DNA from: Hemiscyllium ocellatum
Taxonomy: Eukaryota
DNA length: 64,000 bases
Reading direction: 5' to 3'
Assembly: GCF_020745735.1 (NCBI RefSeq)
Contig: NC_083416.1
Coordinates: forward strand, 80,811,131 to 80,875,130
Made by a program: the position numbers and the translations under genes. Positions 1 through 12,789 of the stretch are shown piece after piece. The notes below the pieces were generated by a model. The model was not told the DNA's origin, made no database searches, and worked only from the letters and a program-made list of their open reading frames with translations. Numbering within the stretch: position 1 is the stretch's first letter; every line of letters starts with the position of its first letter.

Positions 1-150
1 TATGACTCACGTTTTAACCAAGGGGAACAACTGCTCCTTATCCATTCTGTCCATGCCACTCATCGTCTTGTACACTTCAATCAGATCATTCCTTAGTGCT
101 CTCTGCTTTACTGAAGACTACACAACCCTACCCAGCCTTTCTTCATAACC
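1..150 (-). mobile_element. Decayed CR1-like LINE 3' fragment
   Basis: Resembles the reverse complement of the CR1-like 3' regions elsewhere in the window (e.g. 6330-6470). Boundaries approximate. Confidence 0.5.
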
Positions 151-199
151 TAATACAATTCTATGTGCAAGATCTGCCTCCAAACGGTGGATAGTTGTT

Positions 200-714
200 T
201 ATCAATTCTCAAAACTGCATAACTTATTGAAAAAAGCAACTTGACACTTTAAAAATCTCAATTTAAGGAAAGGTTCTTAAAATCTGTTGTTGATGCTACT
301 GAACTGCATAACTTGGTGAGGCAAGCAACATTGTGCATCAAATCTCTAGTTCTTTCAACCTTCTTATAATCTGCTGTAGATGTTCTTAATGTGTATATCT
401 TGGAGAGATACGTAAGTTTGAGCAGCAATATCGTCATTTCAAGCAAACCTCATCAATTTTAGATACTCCTAAAGTACACAACTTGGTGAGACAAGGAATG
501 TTGCACATCAAAATCTCTTTTTCCAGTAAACTTCTTCAAATCTACTTCAGATGTTACTAAACCGCATAAATCAGTGAGATAAGCAACCTTGAACAGTCAA
601 ATCCCCGTGTTGGCATGTTCTTAAACACTGTTTTAGATGTTACTGAAGTGCTTATCTTCGTGAGCGAAACAATTATGCACATCAAAATCTCCATTTCAAG
701 CAGACACCTTAAAA
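200..714. repeat. Degenerate tandem repeat, ~6 units of ~83-89 bp
   Basis: Motif (c/g)tgcataacttggtgag recurs at 215, 304, 391, 474, 562 and 648, and most copies are followed by an aaatctc-like motif. Confidence 0.65.
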
Positions 715-870
715 CCCAAGTCCAAAGGATGTGTAGTTTAGGTGGATTGGCTATGGATATGCAGGGTTACAGAGGTAGGGTTGGGGTTGGATCTGGGTGG
801 GATGCTCTTCAGAGGGTCAATGTGGACCCAGTGAGCTGAATGGCCTGCTTCCACACTGTAGGAATTGTGT
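715..870 (+). mobile_element. Old HE1-type SINE, 3' fragment
   Basis: gtccaaaggatgtg...ggtggattggc...ggcctgcttccacactgta matches the 3' half of the full SINE at 33817-34130. Confidence 0.7.
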
Positions 871-1009
871 AATTGTTTGCTTCTTGATGGCTTCGTTACT
901 CAAATGCAGCCATGAGATCGAGGGTAGCCATGTGCACCTCACACTTGCAGTTCAGCTCCTTTTTTTTAACCCTTAAAATGGACTCAAATTAGATCAGAAA
1001 TTAAGCGGC

Positions 1010-1330
1010 CCTTGTAAAACCCAAACTTTGCTCAGTGAGTTGGTTGTTCTTCTGCCAATGCTGCTTGGTGGCATCATTGATAATACTTTCCATAGTGTTG
1101 CTGATCTTCGAGGTAGACCCAAAATTAGCTGAGATGGATTCATCCTTTCTTTTGTCAATAGGATATCACTGATTTGTTTTTCACATGGTTGGATGATAAT
1201 TTTGTAGCTAAACTGGAGTAGCTTTTCCAGAATGCACCTACTTCTCCAGTACAAGTCTTCTACACTATTTCTGGAATACTGTCAAAAAGTTTTAGTGTCT
1301 TCAGCCGTCTGTTGATTTTACTTGGACTGA
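1010..1330 (-). mobile_element. Decayed LINE reverse transcriptase fragment (CR1/L2-like)
   Basis: Minus-strand translation gives KISNTMESIINDATKQH...QLTEQ-FGF, similar to the LINE RT segment SKVMEGVINSAIKQHL...QFGF. Confidence 0.55.
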
Positions 1331-1754
1331 ATACGTTTTGTCAAACACTGATCATTGCAATGGTGGGGACCTCAGTGGAACTCTGCAATAAATCATCCAC
1401 TCAGCATTGCCCAATGAAGGTAATGCAAATGATTTGGCATTTTATTAAGTAATGATTCACTGGACTCTCCAATGGCTGAGATAAAAGTTAATTCCTGAGT
1501 TCCCACCTCTTTTAGTTATTTTGTTTGTCCACTAGCATTTCCTACTGGATCTGGCAAGATGCCACTTATTAGAAATGGGCTGTTGTTTATGGGCCTAACT
1601 TTAAACATTTTCTTTTCAGAAGCAATCCCACAATTCATTGATTAGATCTAAGCTCTGCAATCCTGCCGCATCTACATGTTATTTATAGGAATCTAGGCAA
1701 AGACTAACTGAAGGAAAATCTATAAATATCCCTGTCCTATATCATTTCACATTA

Positions 1755-1847
1755 CCGACGAAGGGCTTCTACCCGAAACGTAGATTCTCCTGCTCCTTGG
1801 ATGCTTTCTGACCTGCTGTGCTTTTTCAGCTCCACACGTGTTGACTC
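1755..1847 (+). mobile_element. Penelope-derived short repeat with degenerate hammerhead core
   Basis: ccgacga-a-gggc-ttct-accc-gaaacgta-gattctcctgctccttggatgc; same family as 40770-40958 and 53777-53963. Confidence 0.65.
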
Positions 1848-2170
1848 AGTGATGAGGGAGTTCAGCGTGTTTCTTTTTTTCTGCAAAAGAAAGGTTTTCA
1901 TTTTCATCCATTTTCAATAGTTCTGGAGTCTGACCTGTGGTGCTCATCAAAAGTATTTTTCCGCGTTCGTCCCTGAATGCTGTGTCTGAAGGCTTGAGCT
2001 TTTTTTCAGAGAACGTAATCAACTTTGTGTATAATTCACCTCAGAAAACCGCGTACAGGCTTTATTTATGCGTGTTTTTACAATTTTGAATGGTATCGAT
2101 GAAATTGACAAAAATAAACTTAATTTTAAATCTATAGGAAAGATGTCGTGCTAGGGCAGCATGGTTCAGT

Positions 2171-2264
2171 CCCGATGACGGGCTTTTGCCCGAATGTCAA
2201 TTTTCCTGCTCCTGGGATGCTGTCTGACCGGCTGTGCTTTTCCAGCACCACTCTAATGTAGACT
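2171..2264 (+). mobile_element. Penelope-derived short repeat with degenerate hammerhead core
   Basis: ccgatga-c-gggc-tttt-gccc-gaatgtc-aattttcctgctcctgggatgc; same family as above. Confidence 0.6.
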
Positions 2265-2690
2265 TTTGCCAACATGGGTAATATTTGCACAAGATCTGAA
2301 GAAAGAGCAAACGTTTTCAGAGATTTATGGGCATGTGAGAAAATGAATAACATTTATTACAAGACAAAAAATCATCAATAAGATGAAAGATAAAGCACTG
2401 GAAGAATAACAGAGGATTATGGCTATCTGAATATAGTACAAGTGTATAGTTCTCATGGAAGAGGTTTTCGTGACGAGAAACCAGCACAAAATAATTAGGC
2501 TTGGATTATAAATTGAATCATGTTAATCAGACCAATGCAGATTCCATATGTCTCTTAATATGTAATTTCTTCCATGGCATAATCCAGAATCCTATATCGT
2601 GAATCATTCTTTGTAATTCCGTTCGAAAGATATTTTCAGCATAGCACAGAAGTCGGCAATTTTGAATGAAAATCTAACTTGCAAATGTTA

Positions 2691-2920
2691 ATTGTGCAAC
2701 AATAAATGTAACTATCAACCCTGATTTCCGGTCTTCCTGCTTTAAGAAATCAACAGTATTTGATTGGACGAATTTGTATGCGACTGCTTTAACTAATCAG
2801 TGGCTGAAATGAGACTGGAGATCCGAACAGTTCGTTCACTACCCAGACACTACCTTCTGAAAAGAGGCAGGGTAGAAATTGGATAGCGAGCAGCTCGGCA
2901 GCGTTTGTTCACGAATCCAC
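2691..2920 (+). promoter_or_regulatory. Conserved cPcdh promoter module of unit 1 (pseudogene)
   Basis: ATTGTGCAAC 2691, GCTTTAAGAA 2739, ATTGG 2763, CTAAT (mutated CCAAT) 2793, CACTACCCAGACAC 2837; collinear with seven other copies. Confidence 0.75.
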
Positions 2921-3091
2921 GACTTCAGGCGAACATATGAGGATTAAATAAAATTGCCCAGGCGACAGGTAAAACGTTAGCACTTGCGAAATCACAATTG
3001 TGTCAAATTTCGAATAATTTGATATAACAATGAAGACGAGAATAGATGCTGCATGCACGATTCTACAGAAGGGAAATTTTTAACGCTAGAA

Positions 3092-5365
3092 ATGAGACGT
3101 AAAATGAGACGTATTGGCTACGAAATTTTAAATTTTTGTAAGTGTCTTCTCCTCCTGGAATTTGGCGTTTGTGCAGATTCTTTACACGATTCCAGAGGAG
3201 CTCCAACTGGGTAGCTTTGTTGGGAATATCGCTGAGGATTTGGGTTTAGATATAAAGCAGCTCTCAGCTCGTAATTTCCAGATTGTACCCGGGTCAAGAA
3301 TGCAATATAGGGACATAAATTTAGATACTGGCATTTTATTTGTGAAGAAAATAATTGACAGAGAAGAGATTTGTGGCTCGAGTTTGAATTGCGTGCTAAC
3401 CTTGGACGGTTTGCTCTAAAACCCCTTAACTCTGTGCCAGGTTGCAGTGGAGATTCGCGATGTAAATGACAATGTTCCCGATTTCCCAAAAAGACAGCTC
3501 CGCCTTGAAATCTCAGAACTTTCTATGCCGGGAACGCGCTATCCACTCGAGTCCGCGCATGATCCGGACGTTGGAACCAACACCGTTCCAAATTATGAGC
3601 TCCTTTCGAACAATAATTTTATTCTCGATGTAGAAATACGCGATGGGGAGAAATTGTCAACGTTGGTGCTGCAGAGTTCCTTAGATCGAGAAAAAGAATC
3701 TAGCCAGTTTAACGTTGATAGCCAAGGACGGCGGTGTCCCAGTGAAATCGGGCACTGATCACGTGACAACCAAAGTAAAGGATACAAACGATAATGCACC
3801 TGTGTTTTCTCAGTCACCTGATCAAGTCAGCTTATTGGAAACTGCACCCACAAGAACGCGGGTAATTATCTTAAGTGCCACTGACTTGGATGATGGTCCC
3901 AATGGAGACATAACCTACTTGTTGAGTAGCCACATTTCAGGTAGAGCTCAGCAACTGTTTGGCGTGGACTCCAAATCTGGCAAGATAAAAGTGAAAGGGA
4001 AGCTGGACTATGAAGAAATCGCAGCTTTTAGCATTAACGTGCAAACTATCGACGGTGGCACCGATGCAGTGCCCGCATTTAACTTGGATTCCTCTTTAAA
4101 GAATTATTATGGAATATTCGTTTATCATTCACTGGATCATGAAAATATCTCCAATTATAACGTCACTATAGCATGTACGGATGCAGGAAATCCTCCTCTA
4201 ACATCCGAGAAAACCTTTCGGGTAGCGATTTCCGATGTAAATGACAACGAGCCACTGTTCACGCAATCTTCCTACACGGCAAACGTAATGGAGACCAACG
4301 TTATTGGTGCGTCTATATTTTCCATCACAGCCTTTGATTCAGATATGGGATTAAACGCTCGACTTAAATACTCAATGCTGGAGACTGAAGTTCACAACGC
4401 TTTAGCATCCACTTACGTCTCTATTAACTCAGAGACTGGTGTCATATTCGCCCAGAGATCTTTTGACTACGAGAAATTGAAAAACCTCCAAATCCAAGCA
4501 CAGGCCATGGACTCTGGTATACCAGCGCTCGCAAATAATGTTTCAGTGAATATTATTATCCTTGATCAGAATGACAATGTTCCAACTTTCGTACAACTAT
4601 TAGCCGAGTTTGGGTCAACAGTAACAGACACAATATCCAGGTTTGCCGAACCTGGCTACTTGGTTACCAAAGTATCCGCCACGGACGCTGACGCCGTTCA
4701 GAACGCTCACCTTTCTTATTCGATTTTTCAAACTAGCCAGAATGACCTCTTTGCTATTTCACCAGACGCAGGAGAGATTTGCACAATTCGCCATCTTGCA
4801 AATAAAGATGTCGCTGAGCAAAGTTTGGTGATTCCAATAAAAGATAATGGATCACCATCACTTTCTGCCACAGTCACTCTCATCTTATGTGTGATCGATG
4901 GTGACACCAAAGCATTTTCCAGTATCAGTGACTCATCTGCAAGCCTCGGATTTACTTCTGATCTGAGCCTTTCATTAGTCATCGCATTAGGAGTAATTTC
5001 TGTCAGTCTTTTCCCAAGTTTAATTGCCCTCGCTGTAAAGATTCGTAAAATCAGAAATCCTTTCGATAATCATCATTCTTGCTTCGATGTTTGTTGTTGC
5101 GTTCAAACAAGGTATGCTCGGAATGATATTCAAAAGGCGAATAGAAATCTTCAGATACCCTTGAACTATGATGAGGCTTTTTGGAGAGATCAACTTTCTC
5201 AGAGGTTTTGTTACGAGTTAGGCTCAACATTACAATCTGCAAAGGGAGAATTCAAAACCCTAAAAACAATAACAAACCAAGAATTGCATCAGAAACGAGT
5301 CCATTAGAAATAAAAGCACTTTAATGAATCAGCCTGAATATTACAGCAACTCTGTAATCAAAGAG
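3092..5365 (+). pseudogene. Clustered protocadherin variable exon pseudogene (unit 1)
   Basis: Homologous to the intact exons. Duplicated aaatgagacgta with frameshift and TAA in the signal-peptide region, TAA at 3417, frameshift near 3705, 186-bp in-frame deletion near 4075 and frameshift in the cytoplasmic tail. Donor GAG|GTGAGG at 5365/5366 is intact. Confidence 0.9.
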
Positions 5366-6039
5366 GTGAGGTCAAATTCATGCATGCTTAAATGGATTGT
5401 TCACACTTTGCTACCCTATGTGTAATTTTACTCAATTGCGTAAATTAAAATGGCATCATGATGGACAAATTAAAAATCTTTGCTCATTGAGAGATTATAC
5501 AGCGGTGTTTGAAAGCTCCCGATGTCTGTTGGAACAATAGGAATTTATTTGAATATACAGGAATTTCTGATTTTGTTTCACGAATTTGAAAGTTTAAATG
5601 TAAGCATTTCTTAAGAAGACAATACAGGATACTGCACAAGTATGGTTGCTTTACTTGGAAGTAGAATAACGGTTCTTATGGGCAAGTCCTAAAAACAGTT
5701 GGATAGTTTGTCACGATTTCAGCTACGTGATTCTAATTAATTCATTTTGGCATGTTTATGGGTGTAAATTGTAAATTGATTAGTTTATCATATTTTAGTG
5801 GGCTTCACACAAATGAATAGAACTGACTTTGCATTATTCAATCTTTGAAAAACAGTCGTTTTGAAGCATTTTTGTCAACAGAGAATCGGTATCATATTTC
5901 TGTGAATTGGCATTTAGTTACCAGGAAATGAAAATATGTACACAGATGAAAAAAGGTGTCAAAGGGATTAGAGGTGAGATCACTGTCCAACTCCCACCAT
6001 TCTTTTTGATGCAATTTCACTCTGAAGTAAGGTTTAGTA

Positions 6040-6510
6040 TTAGAGTCATAGAATAATTCAGCATAGAAACAGGCCCTCTGGCCCCAATTGGTCCATGCTG
6101 ACCATAATGCCCACTTAGCGAGTTCCAATTACCCACATTTGGTCCATATCCCTCGAAACCTTTCCGATCCCTGTACCTTTCCAAATGTATTTTTGCAAAT
6201 GTTGGTGTTGAACCTGCCTCAACCAATTTCCCTGGCAGCCCATTTCATCTATATTCCATTCTGTCCTTCAGACCTTTTTAAAATATTTCTGCTCACGTTA
6301 AACCCAAGCCCGCTAGCTTTCAATTCACCATCCCAGGGAAAAGACTATTTGTATTAATCCTACCTATGCCCCTTATGATCTTGTACACCCCAATAAGGTC
6401 ACCCCTCATTCTCTTCTGCTGGAAGGAATAAATTCCTGTCCTGGCCAACCGCTTCCGCTAACTCAGGCCTACTAGTCCTGGCAGAATCCTAGTAAATTTT
6501 CTGCGCACTC
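6040..6510 (-). mobile_element. CR1-like LINE 3' end
   Basis: Tail-like agagtcatagaa...cagcatagaaacaggccctctggccc followed by minus-strand RT C-terminus-like sequence. Confidence 0.65.
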
Positions 6511-8067
6511 GTTACAATTTAACCATCCCTTTCCTACGGTATTCCTATTCTCTGGCTCTTTTTTCACAAGGAGAGGCATGATAACAATATCCAATACGAC
6601 TGAGCAGAATTGAAACCCCTGCATGACAGCAAAAAAATGTTTGGCCATAAAATATGTCAATCATCATTCTTAGCTTGTAAGTTGATTGTTTCATGTAAAA
6701 TCACCAACAAATCGTGCATAAATCAGATCACGATGAGGATGGAGAATAAGCTTTCTTAAGTTTATTAAATCATGACAACATGAGCATAATGTAATGTTCG
6801 TTGTTTCCAGTTCAACAAAAGCAATCAAGATAAATGATCAATCATCAATTCGATATCCAAAAACTGTAAAGAACTGTGGCAATGATGATATACCTCCTAA
6901 CTTCAGAAAATAATTCTGAAACAGTCAGAGAATTGTTCAAGCGGAATCCACGGCCAGGGGTATGCTAAGGACTTGTGTCATAAAAAATACACACTGCGCA
7001 ATAAAAGTATAATTATTTGAGAGTCACCGAAGTTGCATAATCATTAGGTTTCAAGTGAATATTTGAAAATAGGCTAGAGGTAAGATTTGAGCTGGAATTA
7101 AAGAATCAAGTAATTTGTGGCAAGATGAAATGATAATTGAGATGGCGTCAGACATCATCAGACATTGCTTTTGCTACCAGACCAGACCACTTGATTAATT
7201 TACAGTGATATAATGCTCAAAACAACTTCAATACAAATTAATTAGAACTACCGCACTGAGACCTCATTCTTATAAAGTTACAATCTGACTTACAGAACGT
7301 GCCTGAAGGGAAGTGATTTGCACCTGCGCAGTTATGTATGCACTCTGAATTCTTTCCAAGTTGGTCACATTTAGCCATTTAGAGTTTGTGGAACAAAGTC
7401 AACGTCTCCTATGTATTTAACTTTAGGGAATGTCAGTAGAGTTTTCCAGCACTTTGAACGTGTATCCTTTCTTGGCTCAATGCTTTAATTCTCCGAGTCA
7501 CATGGAGGCACTGTAGTCTTGAGTCAATCACTTTTCTCACTTTCCAACAGAGGCGGGTGTAGATAATGGACTCAAGGAAAAAGAACATTTTTTTTGTGTG
7601 CTTTTTAACAACCATGAACATTTATGACGTGTATAAAGTGCATTTAATGTGGATAAAAATAAGTTTTAAAATACATGATCAAAAAAAAAGATGATGGGAC
7701 AGATCTCTTGATCTGTTCTTAGAATATGAGCATTTCTTGTTACACCAGAATTTGTTGTGCATTTCTAGTTGTCCAGAGTTCACCTAAAAGTCAGCAACAT
7801 GATTCCGAATCTGGACTAACATGTAGGCCAGACGAGGTAAGGGGAGCAGAATTCCCACCTTTATGGATATTAATGAACCAACCAGGGTTTTCTTGTTTTC
7901 ACAAATATCCCTTAATGATTCCATAGTGATCATGAGACTTGCTTATAATTTCAGGTTTTTGTGAAAGCCGAATTAGCACCGAATTATCAGACCAGTGACA
8001 TTACCAGTACATTTGATCTTGTTGCTAAATAATCTTGCCAAATAATCTTGCAACATGAATGATAATA

Positions 8068-8265
8068 ACTAAAATAGAAATTGCTGAGAAAAGTCAACAG
8101 GAGAGAAATCACAGATAACATTTTGGGTCCAGTGACCCTTATTCAGACCTGAAGAACCATCTTCTTAACTCTGATTTCTCTCCACAGATACTGACAGGCC
8201 TGCTGAGTGTTTTCAGCAATATCTCTTTTTGTTTATGATTTGGATTTCCAGCATCTGCAGTCCTT
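8068..8265. mobile_element. Palindromic Penelope-derived element
   Basis: Inverted arms aaattgctgagaaaagtcaacagg / cctgctgagtgttttcagcaat; minus-strand degenerate core ctgaataa-gggtc-actg-gaccc-aaaatgtt. Confidence 0.55.
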
Positions 8266-8762
8266 TGAGGGGTTTTAAAGGAAAGATAATAATAGAGCAA
8301 ATACAGGAGCAACTTGTCGTTAATGGATTTTGAAGTCATTATATTTAAATAAGTCTAATTAATTTATGCCTAGTTCAGGTAAATCAACAATTGTATTGAA
8401 CGTAGTTTTGCACCTGATCCATAACGTCAAAGATGGCGGTGATGATGTTTGCTTTTGTGGTTGTGAGCGTTCAAATATTTTCAGAAGCTGTATATATGGT
8501 TCCCTTTAGTAAAGAGTACATATGTGTGTGCATGTAAAATTCAAAATGATAGTGATAAAATGAGCATACTACTTAATTAGACCCGAGAGTGACAGTTGAA
8601 TGGCATGGAAGGCACAAAGGTTTATGGGTATATTTCTCAATGCTCAAGGTGGTTTCGAATTGACAACGCACATTTAATCACAATTGAAAATACATTTCTG
8701 GGAAAGAAGTACATATCTTCTGAAAGCACTTCAGTTTGCTCTCATCAGAACACTTGGCAAGA

Positions 8763-9376
8763 ATGGATGTTCGTTTGCTCTCTGAGCTGGAAGATTTGTT
8801 TTCAGACGTTTCAATACCTTCCTAGGTAAAATCTTTAAGTAGCCTCCAGATGAAGCACTGGTGGTGCAGCCGACTTTTATTTATATGTTCAGCTTTCCTG
8901 TGTTTGGTGATGGCATTTCCTGTGGTTGATGTCATTTCCTATGGTGATGTTTTTGCCTGTTCTTCTTCTCAGGGAATAGTAAATGGGCTCCAAGTCAATA
9001 TTGATAGAGTTGATAGAGTTCCATTTCGACAGCACTTTCACTGGGACAACACATCCATCTGAGGACAAGCCAAACAGAAACATGCACAAGAATTCCTAGA
9101 AGCATTGCATTCCAACCAGAACTCCATCAACAAACACATTGACTTGGATCCCATTTACCATCCCTCAGAAAAAAGAACAGGAAGTGACATCACCAAACCA
9201 AGAAAACCTAAACATACAAGTAGAAATCAGGCTACATCACCAGTGCTTCATCCGGAGGCTCACTGAAGATATTGCCGAGTAGGGTGACGCAAGTCTGAAA
9301 ATGAGCCTTTTAGCTCAGCGAGCAAACCTGTCTCCAGAACCTCAACCTGAGCTACAAATCTTCTCAAAACCCGCTA
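8763..9376 (+). mobile_element. Penelope-like element 3' fragment with inverted 5' arm and GIY-YIG endonuclease C-terminal remnant
   Basis: From 9033 the + strand translates HFHWDNTSI*GQAKQKHAQEFLEALHSNQNSINKHIDLDPIY. 8763-8999 is the reverse complement of ~9138-9335. Degenerate hammerhead ctgaaga...gcaagtc at 9263. Confidence 0.7.
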
Positions 9377-9391
9377 ATTTGGCAAGAATAT

Positions 9392-10017
9392 TGCGACAAT
9401 ACTGTGGCTTTAAGGGGTGTATTTTTGTCATTCTTTCCTGAAGAGTGTTTGATATTGAGAAACCATGAAGTCTGTTCCCAGCGAATGTAGTAAACAGCTT
9501 TTAAGGCTTTGGGATCGTTTTCAATAGAAGCAGCATGAAGGGGTGGGGTCAAGCTCCTAAAGAACCAGGATTTTAGTTTAACTTTCAGTAGCAGTTGGTG
9601 TTTGGAATTTGCTATTCATCTATCCCTGATGCAGCAAAACGCTTCAGCTCTCTTTCTCTCTGACTCTGCGTTTTCTCTTGATTTTCTTTCCTCCTGAACT
9701 GAAGAATTGCATGTGAGACTTTCTACTTTACTGAATTTACGTTTGCCAAAGCTATGTTTGAGAGATATTACTGTATTGAAATAGTTGTTGTTTCATAGAA
9801 ATATTCTGTGAAGGTTTCCAATAGTTCAGTTATCCCACTTCTTATTTATTTTGTTTGTATTTAAATTTAGTGTAAGAACAAAGTGTGTTTTGTTTCATTT
9901 GATCATTCGAACTGCAATCAGAAGACAACGCCTTACACTTGCCTTTAAAAATAAGAAAACGTTGCACTTAAGCCGATTTTTAGTATATTTTGAGGGGTTT
10001 TCTTCTGGTACATAACA
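9392..10017 (+). mobile_element. Solo-LTR-like repeat (TG...CA)
   Basis: Starts tgcgaca, ends cataaca, flanked by atat/atct. Both ends match 56237-56802 in reverse complement. Confidence 0.5.
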
Positions 10018-10694
10018 ATCTAAATTCAGTATTTGCTCGTATCAATGGCATGTCTGAATTCTTCAGAAGGTGTTTGGGGGCTGATGTGGCACAATGGTAT
10101 TATAGCTAACTTTAAGCGAAGCGGCTTGCATTCAGATTCCATTGCTGCAAAGACGTGTCATTACATATCTGTGTAGGTTAATCGAATGTATTTACAGTTT
10201 TTTTTTCATTGGAAGTCTTGTGAAGCAGTGGTCATTTCCCTTCAATTAGGGCTATAAGGCCTGGTTTAACTGCCATGTGCTCTTGATGTGTATTGTAACA
10301 TGTGAAAAGATGTTTCCAAAGATCAGCAAATTCAAAGTGAACCATCGTTTCTGGTGCACATGATGAGATCAATGATTATTTGACGAGTGGATTCTGGTTC
10401 ACTTTTATACCACACACAATCTGGATTACGGAGCAAATGTTGGTCAATTGCACGATTACATACAATGTTTGAAACTGTGTTTGAACTATTGCACTGTTTG
10501 GGTGTGGTCAGTATCTTGCTTGTTGCGAACAGCCAAAGGAACAGGTGGGTGATCCACCAGGCTTTCCGCCATGCAATCTATTTGCCTCGCATTACTCCAG
10601 CACTGAAATTCACAGACCAAGGAATCATCTGTGTGATGGGCAAAACATGCTTTTAGCTGGATGGCAGCAATTGTTACTATCAAAACGTTACAAT

Positions 10695-10892
10695 TAAATA
10701 TCACATATCACCAGGTTATAGTCCAGCAGGTTTATCTGGAGTACTCGCTTTCAGAATGCTGGCCCTTCATCTTTTGAAGGAGCAGCGCTTTGAAAGCTAA
10801 TATTTCCAAATAAACCTGTTGGACTATAAACTGATTTTGTGTGATTTTTAACTTTGTTCATCCCAGTTCAACACTGGCACCTCCTAATCATG
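10695..10892. mobile_element. Palindromic Penelope-derived element
   Basis: Inverted arms ccaggttatagtccagcaggtttat / ataaacctgttggactataaactg around tgaaggagcagcgctttgaaagcta (degenerate hammerhead stem II plus GAAA). Confidence 0.6.
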
Positions 10893-11069
10893 TCAAAACG
10901 TCATTCATGTTGCTCCAATGTATAAGCACAAAACCTCTTGCTTCACCTGTTGTTTTCTTGTTCAGAAGCTTTACTCTTTCGAGATAATCTCAGATGTACT
11001 GGGAACTATTCTGAAAAAAATAGACTGACTGCCTTAGGGCCGTTTATGATTTTGTGTGAAAGAAAGCAG

Positions 11070-12530
11070 GAATTTAGCTAACAGAGATATTTATTCACAC
11101 TTCGATGGCTACAGGTAAAGGGCCACATGAGTACAGAATAGCAAATAATGTTTCTTGTTCAAGAAGATCAGCAGATAGACAGTACGAGACCAGATAATTA
11201 CAGGGTTGTTCGTCTGATGTCAATTATAGGGCAATTATTGGAAAACTTACCAAGGAACAAGATTAAGCAACATTTGGAAAGGGGTGTCAGCATGGATTTC
11301 TTAGAAGGAGATCCTATCTGCCTCGTTAAATTGAGGTTTTAAAATTGTGGCTAAATAGGTTGATGAGTGTAGTTCAATTGATGGGGTGTACATGGATTTC
11401 TTGACAAGCTTCCACATTATAGTCTGGTCCAACAGATAAGAGATCTTGAGATTCAAAGAACACCGGATAAGAAATTTGCTTGCAAATAGAATGCAAAGGA
11501 TACTAGTGAAGGGTAGGACTTGTGCTGGAAAACTGTGACCAAAGGAATTCCATTAGGATTTGTGCTGGCTTATATGTACATTAATGAGGTGGATGTGCAT
11601 GTCGAAGTTATAATTAGTACGTTTTCAGATGACACGAAAATTGTGGTGTTTTTCATAGTGAGGAGGATAGTCTCAGACTGATATGTATAATCTGGTAAAT
11701 TGGACAGAACAATGGTCGATGGAATTTAAGCCTCATAAGGACGAAGTCGTGCATTTTAGGACGTTCGTTACGGGATAGATATGTACAATGATTACTATGT
11801 CCTTATGGTGTACTGAGGAGCAAAACGTTCATGATGTACAAGTCCATAGATGCATGAAAGTGTCATCAGAAATACAAAGGTTCGTGAAGAAAACATTCAG
11901 GATGTTTGCCTTCACTGGTAAGCTGGCAGCAAAGTAAAACGCTGCAGTGAGGTTTCCTCTGCTCCACCCATTCTTTTTCATTTTCTTTTTTTCGCACCCT
12001 TTCGTTTCAAGCTTCTAACTTCAAGTTACCAGATGCGATTGGACATGGTGAGTCCCAGAGACAGTTCCCAATTGAGTCACAAAAGCGAGTTTGTGGGAGT
12101 GGCAAGTCCAATGAGTTCTGGAGGCCCAGGCCATACTGGCACAGGAGTCGGATGTTCAGTTGAGTCGCAGAAGCGAGTCCCAGGCCAGACTGGCATGGAG
12201 GCAGTGAGTCCAGGCAGGCCTCAAGGACTTGGTGTATAGATTAAAAATCGAATGTATTTTTTAATAAAACACTTCTCCATTCTCTTCTCTAATGCAGAAA
12301 TTTTCTTAATGAATTTTTGTACAAGTCTGTAAAAAACACTTAAGTATTCTGTACCTAGATACAGTGTACCTAAGATGGACCCAAAGTGGCAACATTATAA
12401 ACTTTTTACTAACTCATTCGAGTGACAATGAAGGCTATTCTATTTTGTTAACCAAAGTATAGAATACAGGAGCAAGGAGTCTTATTTCAAAATGATAAAG
12501 CGTTAGTGAGGTCATACTTTGAATACTGTG
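11070..12530 (+). mobile_element. CR1-like LINE RT fragment interrupted by a nested insertion (~11919-12445)
   Basis: RPDNYRVVRLMSIIGQLLE resembles PGNYRPVSLTSVVGKLLE; FSDDT near 11622. LINE-like sequence resumes at ~12452 after an insert ending gtgacaatgaaggctattctatt. Confidence 0.65.
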
Positions 12531-12789
12531 AGCACTATCATGAGGCCAAGATCAAGGCGTAATGATAGCGCAATACTTCTGGAATTCCAGGCCATTATTT
12601 AAATCGTGCCCCCTTATCCCCTCCAACCTAACTCACCCACTCCTCCTAACGTCCCAGGAATTGCAGACATCATGGCCCTGTCGTTCGGCTGTCCTTCCAT
12701 TTCCGGATAGAAGAGACCAGTCTAAAAGTTGACATACAGGAGACTGTAAAAATCTGGAGCTCATCTTTTAACTGGCACTCAATGCTGAA

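Noticed and set aside
200-714. CRISPR-like array
   Set aside because: Eukaryotic context, whole units are homologous with no unique spacers, and there are no cas genes.
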